DNA of 63,018 bases, filler included, from Dirinaria sp. TL-2023a (Eukaryota), in assembly GCA_051941275.1 (NCBI GenBank). It is 3 parts of 3 records of this genome, joined end to end, with 100 filler letters (N's around TTAATTAATTAA, not from the genome) between each part and the next. Parts side by side here need not be neighbours in the genome. Positions count along the whole stretch, not along the records: positions 1 to 21,017 come from JAVEBF010000271.1; 2 more parts are not named here. One strand, written 5' to 3'. The translations under genes were made by a program, and so were the position numbers. This document shows positions 1 to 11,483 of the stretch, one piece after another. The notes beneath the pieces were generated by a model. The model did no database searches and was not told the DNA's origin. It saw only the letters and a list, made by a program, of their open reading frames with translations. Within the stretch, counting starts at the first letter, position 1; each line of letters begins with the position of its first letter.

Positions 1-1075
1 CACCCAAAAGAGATAGGTAAGGTATGCTACAGAATCTGAATCTAAAGAAATAGAATTCTCTTTCTTTCTAGGTAAATGTGTTGCGAGCGTAATCGTAATT
101 GGGCTATAATCCGATCTACGATGTGATTTGAAAGACTCCCATGCCTTGTGTCTTTGACGTGTTGTACGAAAGTATTGCATGCATGTGTCGGCGTTTCACC
201 CACGATTCCAGCAATGTTCGATCCATAGAGAAGTACCTACAAACCTGGAGAATTCATGGCGTGGTGAGACAATTTCAACGATATGCAGACAAACCTCTAA
301 TTGCACTTATTTGATCTGGGCCAGAGTATTGACGGTCGCAATTGATATGTGGTAGAATGTGTTCCGAATATCCATCCAGATGAGAAGGTAAGGTAAGGTA
401 CAGGGCATTGGATGTAGTTGATTTTCGAAGCAGCCTAGTGCCTGCATGGGTTAGCGTCAAGATGACCGGGCACCTCGGAGATGAAACAGCCAACAGGTCG
501 TGATAGCGGCACCCGTATATATACTAATACATGGCGGCTATCTTGTTCCTCTTCCTTGTTTCTCGACGTCTTTCTTCTTTGGGAAGCGAGGTCGATCGTA
601 TACATCCACCCATTGCATACACTTCTACATGTAAGTAGGTAGGTGGAGTCATAGGCAGTGTAGTTGCAATCCTGATAACGCTCTGACCCTCTGATCATTA
701 GCTATGGCTACGATGAGGTCTACGCCTTCTGCCTCGAGTATTGGCAGTGATATTGTGTCGAGTGCCTACTTTCGAAAGAAAAGAAGGGAAGAAAAAAAGA
801 AGCTGTGCTTGTGTTCGTACCCTACTGTGCCAGAGCACACACATCCTGAACCGGTCACACTACTAAGCGAGATCAGCTCTACCGGGCCTACTATTCTTCA
901 TCGATAAGATACCATATTTTAGTTCTGTGAGTAAAGAATTCACATGTCACTTCAACCGTGAATAAAGTCAAGATCAACACCCGCGCCTTTTGAGGAGCTC
1001 TCTGAATTTTTCCCCTTTGTTCATGAAGCAGAAGCTCTTCTTCCTCCATCTTGTGCACCTTCAATAGATCTCAAC

Positions 1076-2880
1076 ATGTCTAGCTGGACCGAAACACTAT
1101 CCAAGTGCGGCCTGGCCGATCAGCAGCCTTCTGAAGCTGGTGCAAAGAAGAAGCAGCGTACTAATGCGGCACTAGCACAAGTGTTTGTTCATGAGGATTA
1201 TGGCTTTCGTCCACCACCAGGTTTGCGAGATCATATGTCAGGCCCAGTCTCGAGATCGGCAAAGAAAACGTCGCCGCGAAAGCTAATTCGTGGTGCTAGT
1301 CGCAATGAGCGCGATCCTTTTCAGTATCTGAACGACGATGAAATCGTTCAGATCATTGGTCATCTAAGTTCCAGAGACACGGAGACTATGCGTAGAGTAT
1401 CCAAGTTCTGGAAAGCAACTTCCGAACGCGTGCTGCTTCGATTTTTCCCTGAGGCAGACGCGTGTGATTTAGACACCTTGTCTAGCGAGGAAACCAATCT
1501 CTACTATCGTCGCCAGTGTAAGTGAAAGTTTCCCTTTTCTGATATGAAGCTACGTCTCAGCAAAATGCCGACGAATGCTGACGTTTTACGCTACCAGTGT
1601 ACTTCCATGAGAGCCTCAAGATTGGACGCGCTAGTCGAGCGATCCAGTTCACGGGTGTCCGTGACTGGCATCTCAATTGCCATGTTCTAATGTTTTCTAA
1701 CGGCGTTGACAACGCTGCTGTTCGCACCCTCAGAATAGGGACCGCAGGTGGTACTCAACTTACCTCTGAGGATGAACGTATTGAATTCGGTGACCAATTC
1801 GAGCAGTCCCGTCTTGAGGTCCCTTACCTTCAGCTCACCAACGATGGCGATACGATTGGTGTGTTCCGAACTTACACTTCTGGGGCCGGGTTTAAGGATA
1901 CCATCTCCCTGATGCCTACGAATGAGGACAAAGGATGGCATCTCCCGCTGGAGGGTTAAATTTGCAAACCAGCGATAGGCGGGACTGCTATTTATTTCAT
2001 CGAGGCACCAAAGGACAACGGGAGCCGCGATAATCATGGGCCTGCTTTTAAGAAAGTCAGTCTGGTTGATGGTAGCCTCTTGTACGCTACTTTCCCACCT
2101 GAGATCAACGAATGCGGCCTCTTCGTTGGTCAAGACCGAGGAGAGGACCAGTCTGGCGCCTTTCCGAATGTTACATCAACCACACCTGGTCGTAAGATCA
2201 AGGTCGCTAAGCTGGACACATCTCTCAAGCTCACTGGGGATGAAACAATAGCTGTCTGGAGTGACCTTCGCTTGCGCGTCTATGTCTTTTCCGCCGACAG
2301 CGGCCAGATACTCTTGACTTACGATCGTCCAAAGCACAGCACGCTCAGCGTCAGTGCCTCAAGACCGCAATTTTGGGACCTTTCTTTTGGCCGGGACGTC
2401 AACGGTGTTGAGTCGTTGCGCTTCACGTCGTACAATGAGCGTACTGAAAAGCTGTCCTGCGCTTTTGGCGGCTCGACACGTGAACGAAATGACCACGTTG
2501 CTGTGCGGTTCGTTGATGCAGATTACCCCTTAGGATTTGACTTCCTCCACAGCATGGACATCTTCGATGAGAAGACTCGTGACCCCTTCACCATAATTGG
2601 CATCATGGGTGTTCAAAAACGATTTGAGAGGTCTCGAGGCCTATCTCATGTGTGGTTTGAGCGTAGCAATCGGGCAAACAATCCGTCAACGATTTGGGCA
2701 CAAACAAGAAGAATTACACTGCCACATCGGAAGTGCCCAAGATTTCGTCGTTTTTTGGAATTAGAAACACCCTGGTGCGTAGCGAAGAACGACTTCTTCG
2801 GATTGGTGAACGGTTACCTGATCTACCATAATTTCACGGACCAAAAACTCATTGTTATTGATTTCTGGCCTGAGTGGTAA
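1076..2880 (+). pseudogene. F-box domain protein interrupted by one in-frame TAA (1957-1959); pseudogene or recoded gene
   Basis: F-box-like motif DPFQYLNDDEIVQIIGHLSSRDTETMRRVSKFWK. Intron 1518-1597 (GTAAGT...GCTGAC...CCAG) joins to the 1597-1959 frame. After TAA the same frame stays open (ICKPAIGGTAIYFIE...) into ORF 2080-2880, ending LIVIDFWPEW*. Confidence 0.7.
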
Positions 2881-4996
2881 ATCTCAGCCTATGGCATCCG
2901 TAGGCTTGTAGCCGACTGAATTTGTGGGATCTCATGCTCACACAATGGTTAAGTTCTAAATGTACCCTTGTTGCTCCAGATTGAGCACTCCTACAACTCA
3001 CAGTCTCGAACATCGTGGTACGGGCGGGAGGAATATCGAGCGCATACAAGAAGACAACCTTTGAGCGGCGTCAGCAGTATTCCAATTACCATAGCAGCAC
3101 ATTCCTTCTCTCACAAATTTTCTTCTGTCTAGCACCAAAATATCAGAATGGCTGGCTCGGAAACGGCGCATCTGGGAAAATTGCGGGATGACCCCAAAAT
3201 GCCATCGGGACATTACTTACACAGCACAGGCGCTCTGAGAGATATTGAACATTCTGCAGCGATGCAGCACCCGAATAGTGTCATATGTAAGCAGGCATCT
3301 TTGCAGTGCTGCACTTGTGCCGTTCTCTGGGACGGGAAAAGGAAGTTCAAATATGTGCGGACTTCTTTACAAGATTGACACCCTTTTTCCCCTTTCAAGA
3401 GAACAGAATTTCTTTAGCTAAACGATTGCTCATCGATGTTCATGTGCCAATGGAGACGCAAGCTGTTGATAGTGACACGTTTTCATCTTTCGATCCTTCT
3501 TACTCGCCTGTTCGCCTCTAATTTTCCCCACCCATGAAGTGAGTGGTAATAGCGCTGGCTGCCAGCAAACATCTATACCTTGCCGCCGCTTACGGTCTTC
3601 GAAGGCAATGATATGCCCCGACCTGCTTATACAAGATCGACACAATATGCTCTTCGATACACCCAAAAGAATCTAGCTCAATGGCTTCAGAGACTCTATG
3701 CCGTGCCTGTCAGCGCAAGCCAGTCGTCGTTTATTGAGTCTCTCTTCTCGTCACTCTCTCTTGCTACCACCTTTCCCCTTGAATAGAAAACCGTAACTAT
3801 TCTCAAGTAATCTAGAGTTTCCTGACTTACTATACTACGGGAACAAGGGGACGCAATCGGTGCAGCATCGACATTTTCGATGTCAATCTCTTTAACAACC
3901 CCCCACACCTCCCAAAAAAACCTTTTCAGTTGAAGTCTATCATTTCGCTTCAAAGCAAAAGCCATAACAGCACCATAATCATGATCCCCCCATCTCCCAG
4001 ACACAGGTTCCGATCACCAAAATATCTCATCACTTCAAACACAAAACAAAAAAAAAAAACAAAAATATTAATCCTCCCACTTCACGCCTACCTAGCTGAT
4101 ACTTGGTACAGCAGATCCCTCTCTTTGATTTCCATACCAAAAGCTCGATATGCCGTACTTGATAAAAGATAAAAATGCCCTCATAAATGTCACACACGCT
4201 GTTTCTCTCAAGATAGAAGCCGGCTATGGCTGTAGATATGGCTGAGACGATACGCATGTTGAAATGGCCCAGATTTGAGGGATTGGAGATTTTGAAGGGT
4301 TGAGCTTTGGGTATTTAAGGCGGGGCGCGGGATATATACTTCTACCTTAGCTATTGTATTTTTCTTTTTTTTTTTTGCCGCGTTTTTAATTTGGATGTTA
4401 AAATGAGAGAAAGAAAAAAAAAAGATGATAATACAGTACTTATTCCATCTAGAAGTCCCGAGAAGAAAAGTATGAGTGGGTATTATATATCCATCCCACG
4501 GTAAGCGTTAAAAAAACGTGGAAAACGGGATAAAATCCGCTCATTATTCTCGCGCCTCTATAATAGAGGTTTGGGGAGGGCAGACCAGGTTTCGAACTAG
4601 AGGGTTTTTTTTTTATTTTTTATTTTTGGAAATGGGGCCTTGGATCTTGAATACAAATGGGGATGGCCGGTGGTACGTTTTTAATTTCGTCGGATACTGG
4701 ATGCTTGTGCCTTGATTGCTAAAATTGAGTTAGCTGGGGGTTCTGGGTCCTGGGTGGATGGTTTGGTGGCGGGAGCTGAGCTGAGATAAATGAATTCTCG
4801 GTTTTTTCTATCCATGCAGGGTGATTGATGTTGCTTCAAAGTGTTTGGAGTTTGTTCAGTGCATTCAATTTTCGTGATTACGGCAGAGGATGAGATATCA
4901 ATCTTTAGTAGATTTTAACGGATATCTTAGAGCGAGATTGTGCTACCTTTTTTCTTGCCGTCGCTCGGCTTCTGACTGCATAGTAAAAATGCGCTT

Positions 4997-6315
4997 CTAG
5001 ATGCCGCGATTGAACTCAACCTTACCATCCTCTCCTCCTTTCTCCCAGAAGATTCCTTCCAGCTTCCGTGCGTCGATAGACTGTCTTTGAGGAAATACTG
5101 CTAGAGCGAGCGGCAGTGCAAAGATGCTGGTTGTTAATATCAGCCCTGATAAATTTTAGCTCCTTGCCGTTCTTAAATACGTCATTCAAGCATTTCCCTT
5201 ACCCAAATTTACGGGGAGCGTCATCGCCGGCCTCCTCCTCAGCCATTTCATCCTCTGCAGCCTCACCAGTATCAACGGAGGCAAAACCATGATAGGTGTA
5301 GCATTGAAGACCCGACTCAAAGCAGTCTCGCCAACCGCCAATGTAGCCGCCTTCTTGCTCTTCCCAATACTCTCCACCTCTTTGCCGCTCTTTTCCCGTT
5401 CTCTCTTTTCTTGCTCGCTTAGCACAGGGTAGATATCGATCCCTTTCCTTATCTCCTCCCCTCTCATCAGAAATACGTTTAATGCCCCTGCACTAGCCAC
5501 AGCCGCGAATGGCACCAGACGTGTGAGGATGGTACGAGAAGCTGGTGAAAGGCGTTTCAGGCGGGGTACTAGGGCGTTCAGACCAAGAGCAACGGAGCAG
5601 GAGGCGGATACGGCGAGGAAGTAGGATTGGACGAGGGTGCTAGTAGAGAGTGGAGTAGATTTATTTGCGTTAGCACTGTTGATGGCGACGTTGAGGGACT
5701 GGTTCGTAATTTGCCAGAGAAGGGTGCCTGTCGTCTGATATTCCATCAGCAAGGGGCCTGAACGGTAGATTCATTCCTAGATAGGGTGTACCTTTAGCCC
5801 AGGAGTGAGCATGCCAGCTGTCACAACGAGATTCGAAATGACAAAACAGGACATGCGAAAAGGCAGAAAGACAGGTTGGCTGGTATCTGGGACTGTCAAT
5901 GATTGCTAATATATCGTAACTGAAATGACCGTGTACCGGGATGTAGCGTAGAGTCTACGATCTGCTTCGCGCGCCATAACTCCGGTGTCATGGATTGCGC
6001 ATACCCTTGCTTGTAGGAGGCGACGAGGTTCTTAGCGTTCTCGAGGCCCGCGGAGGAGACGAAGAGGGTTCTATGTGAGTGACGAGTATTAGCTCTTGGA
6101 GATTCACTAATAGATAGTAGTGACACAAGCGATTGAACTACGAGAAAAGAAGCGATTGCGGTCTACCTACCACACCAACGCATGGTGAAGCGGTCCCTCA
6201 GAGCTCCTCACCTAGGATCAGCTATTTCGGCCGACTGTTTGACGCGTCCCCAGTACGTGCTGAGATCATATCGAGACGCGGGGAGGTCGCGGCTCCCAGG
6301 CAGTGAGGCAGACAT
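4997..6315 (-). CDS. fsf1: Sideroflexin (mitochondrial Fsf1-like transporter), multi-exon
   Basis: N-term MSASLPGSRDLPASRYDLSTYWGRV; motifs DSTLHP, WQITNQSLNVAINSANANKS, PFAAVASAGALNVFLMRGEEI; C-term VEFNRGI*. First intron 6211-6071 (GTGAG...TAG); further introns near 5935, 5790 and 5200. Confidence 0.92.
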
Positions 6316-6581
6316 TAAGCTTCGGTTTAATGCAATAACAAGCAGCCGCAGTCAGAGTACAAGAGATTAGGACTGATACTACGGTTCGTAGGAAAGGACG
6401 TTTGGGAAGAAGGTAAGAAAGATCTTATCTGTTAACCCTCCGATTAGATAAGGTAGCCCTACAAGCGTGCGTGCTTGCCAGTGAAGCACCCATATTTAAG
6501 CTTAGATAATGAGCGTTTTTGGGCCTTAGAAAGTTTTTGTAAAATATATAATTTGATTAGATCTGAAAGCCAAGAAAACTG

Positions 6582-6654
6582 GGCCTCGTGGCCTAATGGT
6601 TAAGGCGTTGGTTTTCGGCACCAAAGATTGTGCGTTCGAATCGCATCGAGGTCG
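6582..6654 (+). tRNA. tRNA-Arg (anticodon UCG), intronless
   Basis: Acceptor stem GGCCTCG/CGAGGTC, D-arm GCCT-AATGGTTA-AGGC, anticodon arm TTGGT-TTTCGGC-ACCAA, T-arm GTGCG-TTCGAAT-CGCAT; T-runs downstream. Confidence 0.93.
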
Positions 6655-8234
6655 ACATTTCTTTTGCCTCACGCTCTTTTGGAGCTTCTGATTACTATGT
6701 TTACTGCATTGAAAGTATTGTTACTACCCTGATGATTCAAGAAAACGAGTGGTGTATGCCCAGAACGTTAGACGGCCAGATAAGATCACACGAGATCGAT
6801 TTCCTCTCTATTATGGTCACCGCGATACAAACACACATATCACCATTATCTGCATGCCATTAGAACTATAATTGTATTTTAGCTGCACACCCACTGGGAT
6901 ACTAGTGTGTATCCGAGGTAGGACATCGTATGCCATGTGTCAAGACTTTCTTACTCCCAACACTCCAAAGTGCGAGCTGTTCGTCGACATGGCCATGGCG
7001 AAAGCAAGAATTTTCCAGGAAACAATGGCAGACGTTGGGCTTAGGATCGTAGACCCAACGCTTGCCTAGGGTTTCTTTGAAAGCTTTCCGATATTTTTGC
7101 TTCTGTGGATGTAGACATCCAAGGCACACTTATTAGAAGCTCTTCGCAAGTCACTAGCCTCATACAATGATGCAAATTCGCTGCAAATTACCGCGAGAAA
7201 TCGTTCAGATGCAATCAAGCTAATCTAGCACAACTCATAGATAGTCGGGCTCAATGGTTGAATCCAAGACCTATAACCGGCAAAAGTGCTGAGGGTAGGT
7301 AAATAAACATAATCTATGTGTATGATTGTGAAGAATGTTGGTGAGATATAGGTCAGGAATGAGAAGTATAGTAGCCAGATACATCTAGCCTTTTTCGAAG
7401 CTGGATCAGAGTACTCACAACAGCAAGAAAATAACGCATTCGGTGATTCTGTATATTAAATTCCAGAAAACTGCATCAAAGGTATTGAAGACCATTGCAC
7501 GAAACTGCCACAATGTACAAATCGTCGATTGCAATGCTAAAAGCATCCAAAGGCTTGTAGCTGCTAACGAGATCGAAGATACACGGTTGGTACGACAAAT
7601 GATTGAATGAGTGTTTGATAAGGAATATCATGCACGGACAGGGCGCTTCTCTCAAGCACACTAGCACCTCATTGACAAAAAAGGCTTCACGAGATGATTG
7701 TGGACCATTCAGCCGCTGAAGCGCTACTGTCAGATTGGTAATTCGTGAATACGGTGACTGTATCACATTAAGAGGACCTAAGGATCACAAATAAAAGGAG
7801 GATATGAGATCGCAGTATTAGAACAAGCACGACTTTCTGGCCAGGGCATTGGATAGGGTGCGGCTGGCTGAGGGTATTGATGGGACATTATTTAGCGACG
7901 AGAAGTATATTGTAGGGTTGTACTGCAGTCTTAGGACTTGAAGACAGGGTTTTGGGCTGGTGAACATTGGCTCAAGGGTCGATGAAGGAGATGAGTCACT
8001 CACTGAGCCACGTAGCATCACTGTTAAACGAGAAGAGAATGCAGTAAACCATGAGAGAGGTTGTGCCTTCACTATGTGGCACTATATGACGAATCAAGGC
8101 TATAGTAGACTAACAATGCTTCCACCAAATGTATGTATCTATGTCAAAACAACTCGCTATGCAAATCCCAACATGAAGGCAGAAGGAGCCTCCCAGCATC
8201 TTGAAGTCAATTGTTCGCGATGGGCATTCAAGTT

Positions 8235-9896
8235 CTAAGATATTGTGCAGCCTGACAGTCGCCGAGAAGGATGTTGCGATGCATCCATGGTTTTCCGTAC
8301 ACGCTTAGCAGAATTTCGTATATCCATGTTCTTTGCAGGATTAGTATGGTCATTTATGCCGTTGTAGTCGTGATTCATCATTCCCGACTCCTGGTTCTCT
8401 TTTTCACTAATGGTAGAGGATCCATTGTCGGTCCAACGCTTGTCTACTGCACCATGCACATCTCCATTAGAGAACGGAGCTTTATGCAAATCACCAGCAC
8501 TCCGCAGCATGATCTCCCGAGCAGCGTAGAGGCAGGCACCGAAGGCAAAGCGTATGAGTGAGTCTCCAGTCAAGCTACCGATGACGAAAACATTCGGTGC
8601 AACCTCGAGACTTTCCTCTACCTTGGTTCGAAGCGTTTTGCCCGAGATAAGAGAACTCGGCGTCGATTCACTATGACCCAGCAACTCGAAGAGGAGACCC
8701 TGATCGAGATACTCAAGAGACCCACGTCTACCAATTACGTACTCCAAATGCGATATCTCGCGGTTGAAGATTTGGCCGTTATTGTCTTCCAAGGTGACGG
8801 TCGCACTCTCTCCATGGAGATCAACATCCTTAATGCAGGTATTCGGGAGCCCCTCATAACGGACATCACGCATGCGGTCTTGAAATGCATTGTTTTTCTT
8901 GCGCATCGGCGACTGCACCCGCTCTGAGCCTAACGCTTGTTTGGCGGCGAGTTTCATTTCCTTGTAAACGCTAGCATACTCAGGGTATGCGCTGGGATGG
9001 CACGCTTTCAGAGGCGAAGGATTCTCGTCTGGCGCCCACTTGAAGATGTGAAGCACCTTCCTATTGGCTGGTATCGACAGAACTACATCAGCTGCTGTAA
9101 AGCCTGAGCCGACTACAAGCCGTGGAAAATCATTAAGACCTAATGAACTAGATAGACGGAGAAGTGGCTGCAGAAGCGGCCTCGCTGGCACGAGGTTGGA
9201 AAATGTGCCTGAAGCGAGGACAAGATTTCTGCACCGTAAGTCATGCGATTTGATGTGAAAGCCTTGTTCTGAACGCGATATTCCTTCGACGTTGGTATTT
9301 GTGTAGATCGAGCCATCGATGCCGACCATTCTTGGATATATCTTCAAGTATTCAGCCACCATCCGACGCGAAGGCCTGTCGAAGTCCTCTGCTACCATTT
9401 CCTTCTGTCCCTTCAGATGTTCCATTAAGCTATACCCGGGTAACGAGAGCATCTCGGTATAACTTAAAGCGCCAATGTCCCAGCTCCCTACAATTGGGTT
9501 GTCCGCCCACTGACCGCCGGCATCCGCAGTATTGCCCAACACAACATGTTCTATGCGTCTTTGCGGCTCATAGCGCCATTTGATGCAGGATTCGTGCTCT
9601 CCTGGATCGATGTCTGAGAGCGGCCTGATGAGGGTGTCGAGGAGCACATTGATAGGTAGAGCCTGGGTAGAGTAGGAGATACGGGAAGCGGCGAAATGTG
9701 AAGTCAGGTCACTAACATCGATATCTAGAAGGCAAATCGAGTCCCGAAGCTTCTGATGCAGAATTGGGTCTGGATGCGGGTGTGCATTGTCGTAGTACGG
9801 AATGTTGCCATGAAGGATAAAGGACAGAATCAGGGCCGATGGGCCATTACCAATAACCACTGTATCTATTTTGTCAGGCCATTGCACCTGAGCCAT
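8235..9896 (-). CDS. OSGIN1/2-like FAD-dependent oxidoreductase
   Basis: Intronless ORF. Rossmann motif DTVVIGNGPSAL, LPINVLLDTLIRP, GGQW, LVLASG, second dinucleotide motif LVVGSGFTAAD, AYPEY, IGSLTGDSLIRFAFG. First ATG at 9896 (ORF track starts at an upstream TTG). Confidence 0.75.
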   Translation of the reverse strand: MAQVQWPDKIDTVVIGNGPSALILSFILHGNIPYYDNAHPHPDPILHQKLRDSICLLDIDVSDLTSHFAASRISYSTQALPINVLLDTLIRPLSDIDPGEHESCIKWRYEPQRRIEHVVLGNTADAGGQWADNPIVGSWDIGALSYTEMLSLPGYSLMEHLKGQKEMVAEDFDRPSRRMVAEYLKIYPRMVGIDGSIYTNTNVEGISRSEQGFHIKSHDLRCRNLVLASGTFSNLVPARPLLQPLLRLSSSLGLNDFPRLVVGSGFTAADVVLSIPANRKVLHIFKWAPDENPSPLKACHPSAYPEYASVYKEMKLAAKQALGSERVQSPMRKKNNAFQDRMRDVRYEGLPNTCIKDVDLHGESATVTLEDNNGQIFNREISHLEYVIGRRGSLEYLDQGLLFELLGHSESTPSSLISGKTLRTKVEESLEVAPNVFVIGSLTGDSLIRFAFGACLYAAREIMLRSAGDLHKAPFSNGDVHGAVDKRWTDNGSSTISEKENQESGMMNHDYNGINDHTNPAKNMDIRNSAKRVRKTMDASQHPSRRLSGCTIS

Positions 9897-11483
9897 GAGA
9901 AACTCAGGGTTCCATGATGCTTGGTGCAACAGATGGGCTCCCAGCGACCATGTGGCCGCTGGAATACGAACCTGTAGCCTCGCTCGCCTCGCTGACGTGG
10001 GGGTTAGGAAGTCGTCATTTTTAGCTGAGGTCCTATGTATATCAGAATCACGTGCAGGCGGTCCTTCATTGAAAAATATGTTCTCTTGTGAAGGCTTTGG
10101 TTGTCGTGTAGCAGTGGTAGCTTCTTCCTATAAACTTCCGTCCGGGATCTTCATTCATATCGAAGCAGCCTTCAAGGCCGATGCTAATTGAACAGTAGTA
10201 GATCAGTTCAATCACAAAAAGCACGGATGCATAAGACAAAAGACTTGACAATTATAGACATGATCTCGTAACAAATAGCTTGCGCGTTGAAAACTAAACG
10301 CTGCAGAAGATCATAGTTATGTCAGATGGCCCGAACTTCGTTCAACTGGACTGAGCTGTCCAGCTTTCCTACATAACGGAGATGAAAGAGGCCAATCGAG
10401 ATATTCGTCACGTCTGAAGAACATTCGGTGAATTATATAACAGTACTAAATCCGAGAGTCGCGCCTAGTAGGTAATTGGATCTACTTCTCGTAAGGGTTC
10501 GTTCTACTGAAACTTTCTTTCAACAAAGTTATCTATCACCTTCTCGGGAGAGTGAGCAGCCGAAGTCGATGCACAGTAAGGCAAGTGAACTGGCGTAGTA
10601 ATCTTCTACCATTTGTGAAGTGAGGACGATAGAGCCTCAAAAGGTGGTAGTATAACGGAAGAAGTAGCAGCCCTTCGAGGATTCGCACAGGCATATCGGC
10701 TTCTCGAAAAAAAGTTTATGGGGTCTCGAGCGCGGAACAATGGCTGGTGATGGACAGTAAAGTCGCTAGAAACATCTTCGTTCGCCCGAACAACATAAAT
10801 GTCTCACAGGTGATATAGGATCTTGAAAAACAATAGCAGCAAGTGGCACTAAGATTCAGTTTTTGCGGAACTTCATCATGCCGTCGATTGCAATGATTGC
10901 AAGTCAACGCTCTGGAACCGGAAATGAACATATTTGCTTGAATTTACTCAGCAGAACGGAGAGCTCAGATCAAGCACTAATAATATATTAGTCTCTGAAC
11001 GTCTTATTAGGATAAATTTTGAACCAGCTTATACGGATATTTACACCGCGGATGTGCCAGAATCATGCACTATGCACCAAGCGGACTCTCCTCAGCTTAC
11101 ACTCCACTATTGTCATACTACATCTATTCTTAATTGCTTTCATAATCTACGGCTTAATACGCGAAATGTATTTTATATGCATATCCCCTTCCTTTTAATA
11201 CGTCATTCACTGTTCAAGCTGATAAAAAGCAACTTTGAAATAGCCCTAAGCTTACGCTCTAGGATTGAGGAGGCAAATTACTGGAAGCATGATTAGGCTG
11301 CCTGCATGACTAGGCTGCTACGACGTAAGGATGACCATGATGGTTTACTTCAACCCCGCCTGAACCTATTTTGTGTGTGTAAGGCTACTTGTACCCCATA
11401 TGTATTGTTCGTCATTCTGCTTCAGCTGGCAAGTGTTAAAGTAATCATTGACACCTAGCTTAGCCTCTATATACTTTATTACC

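Noticed and set aside
6872..8230. Short ORFs between the tRNA and the OSGIN-like gene as a possible relic gene
   Set aside because: Could not assemble a consistent exon chain or recognise any motif.
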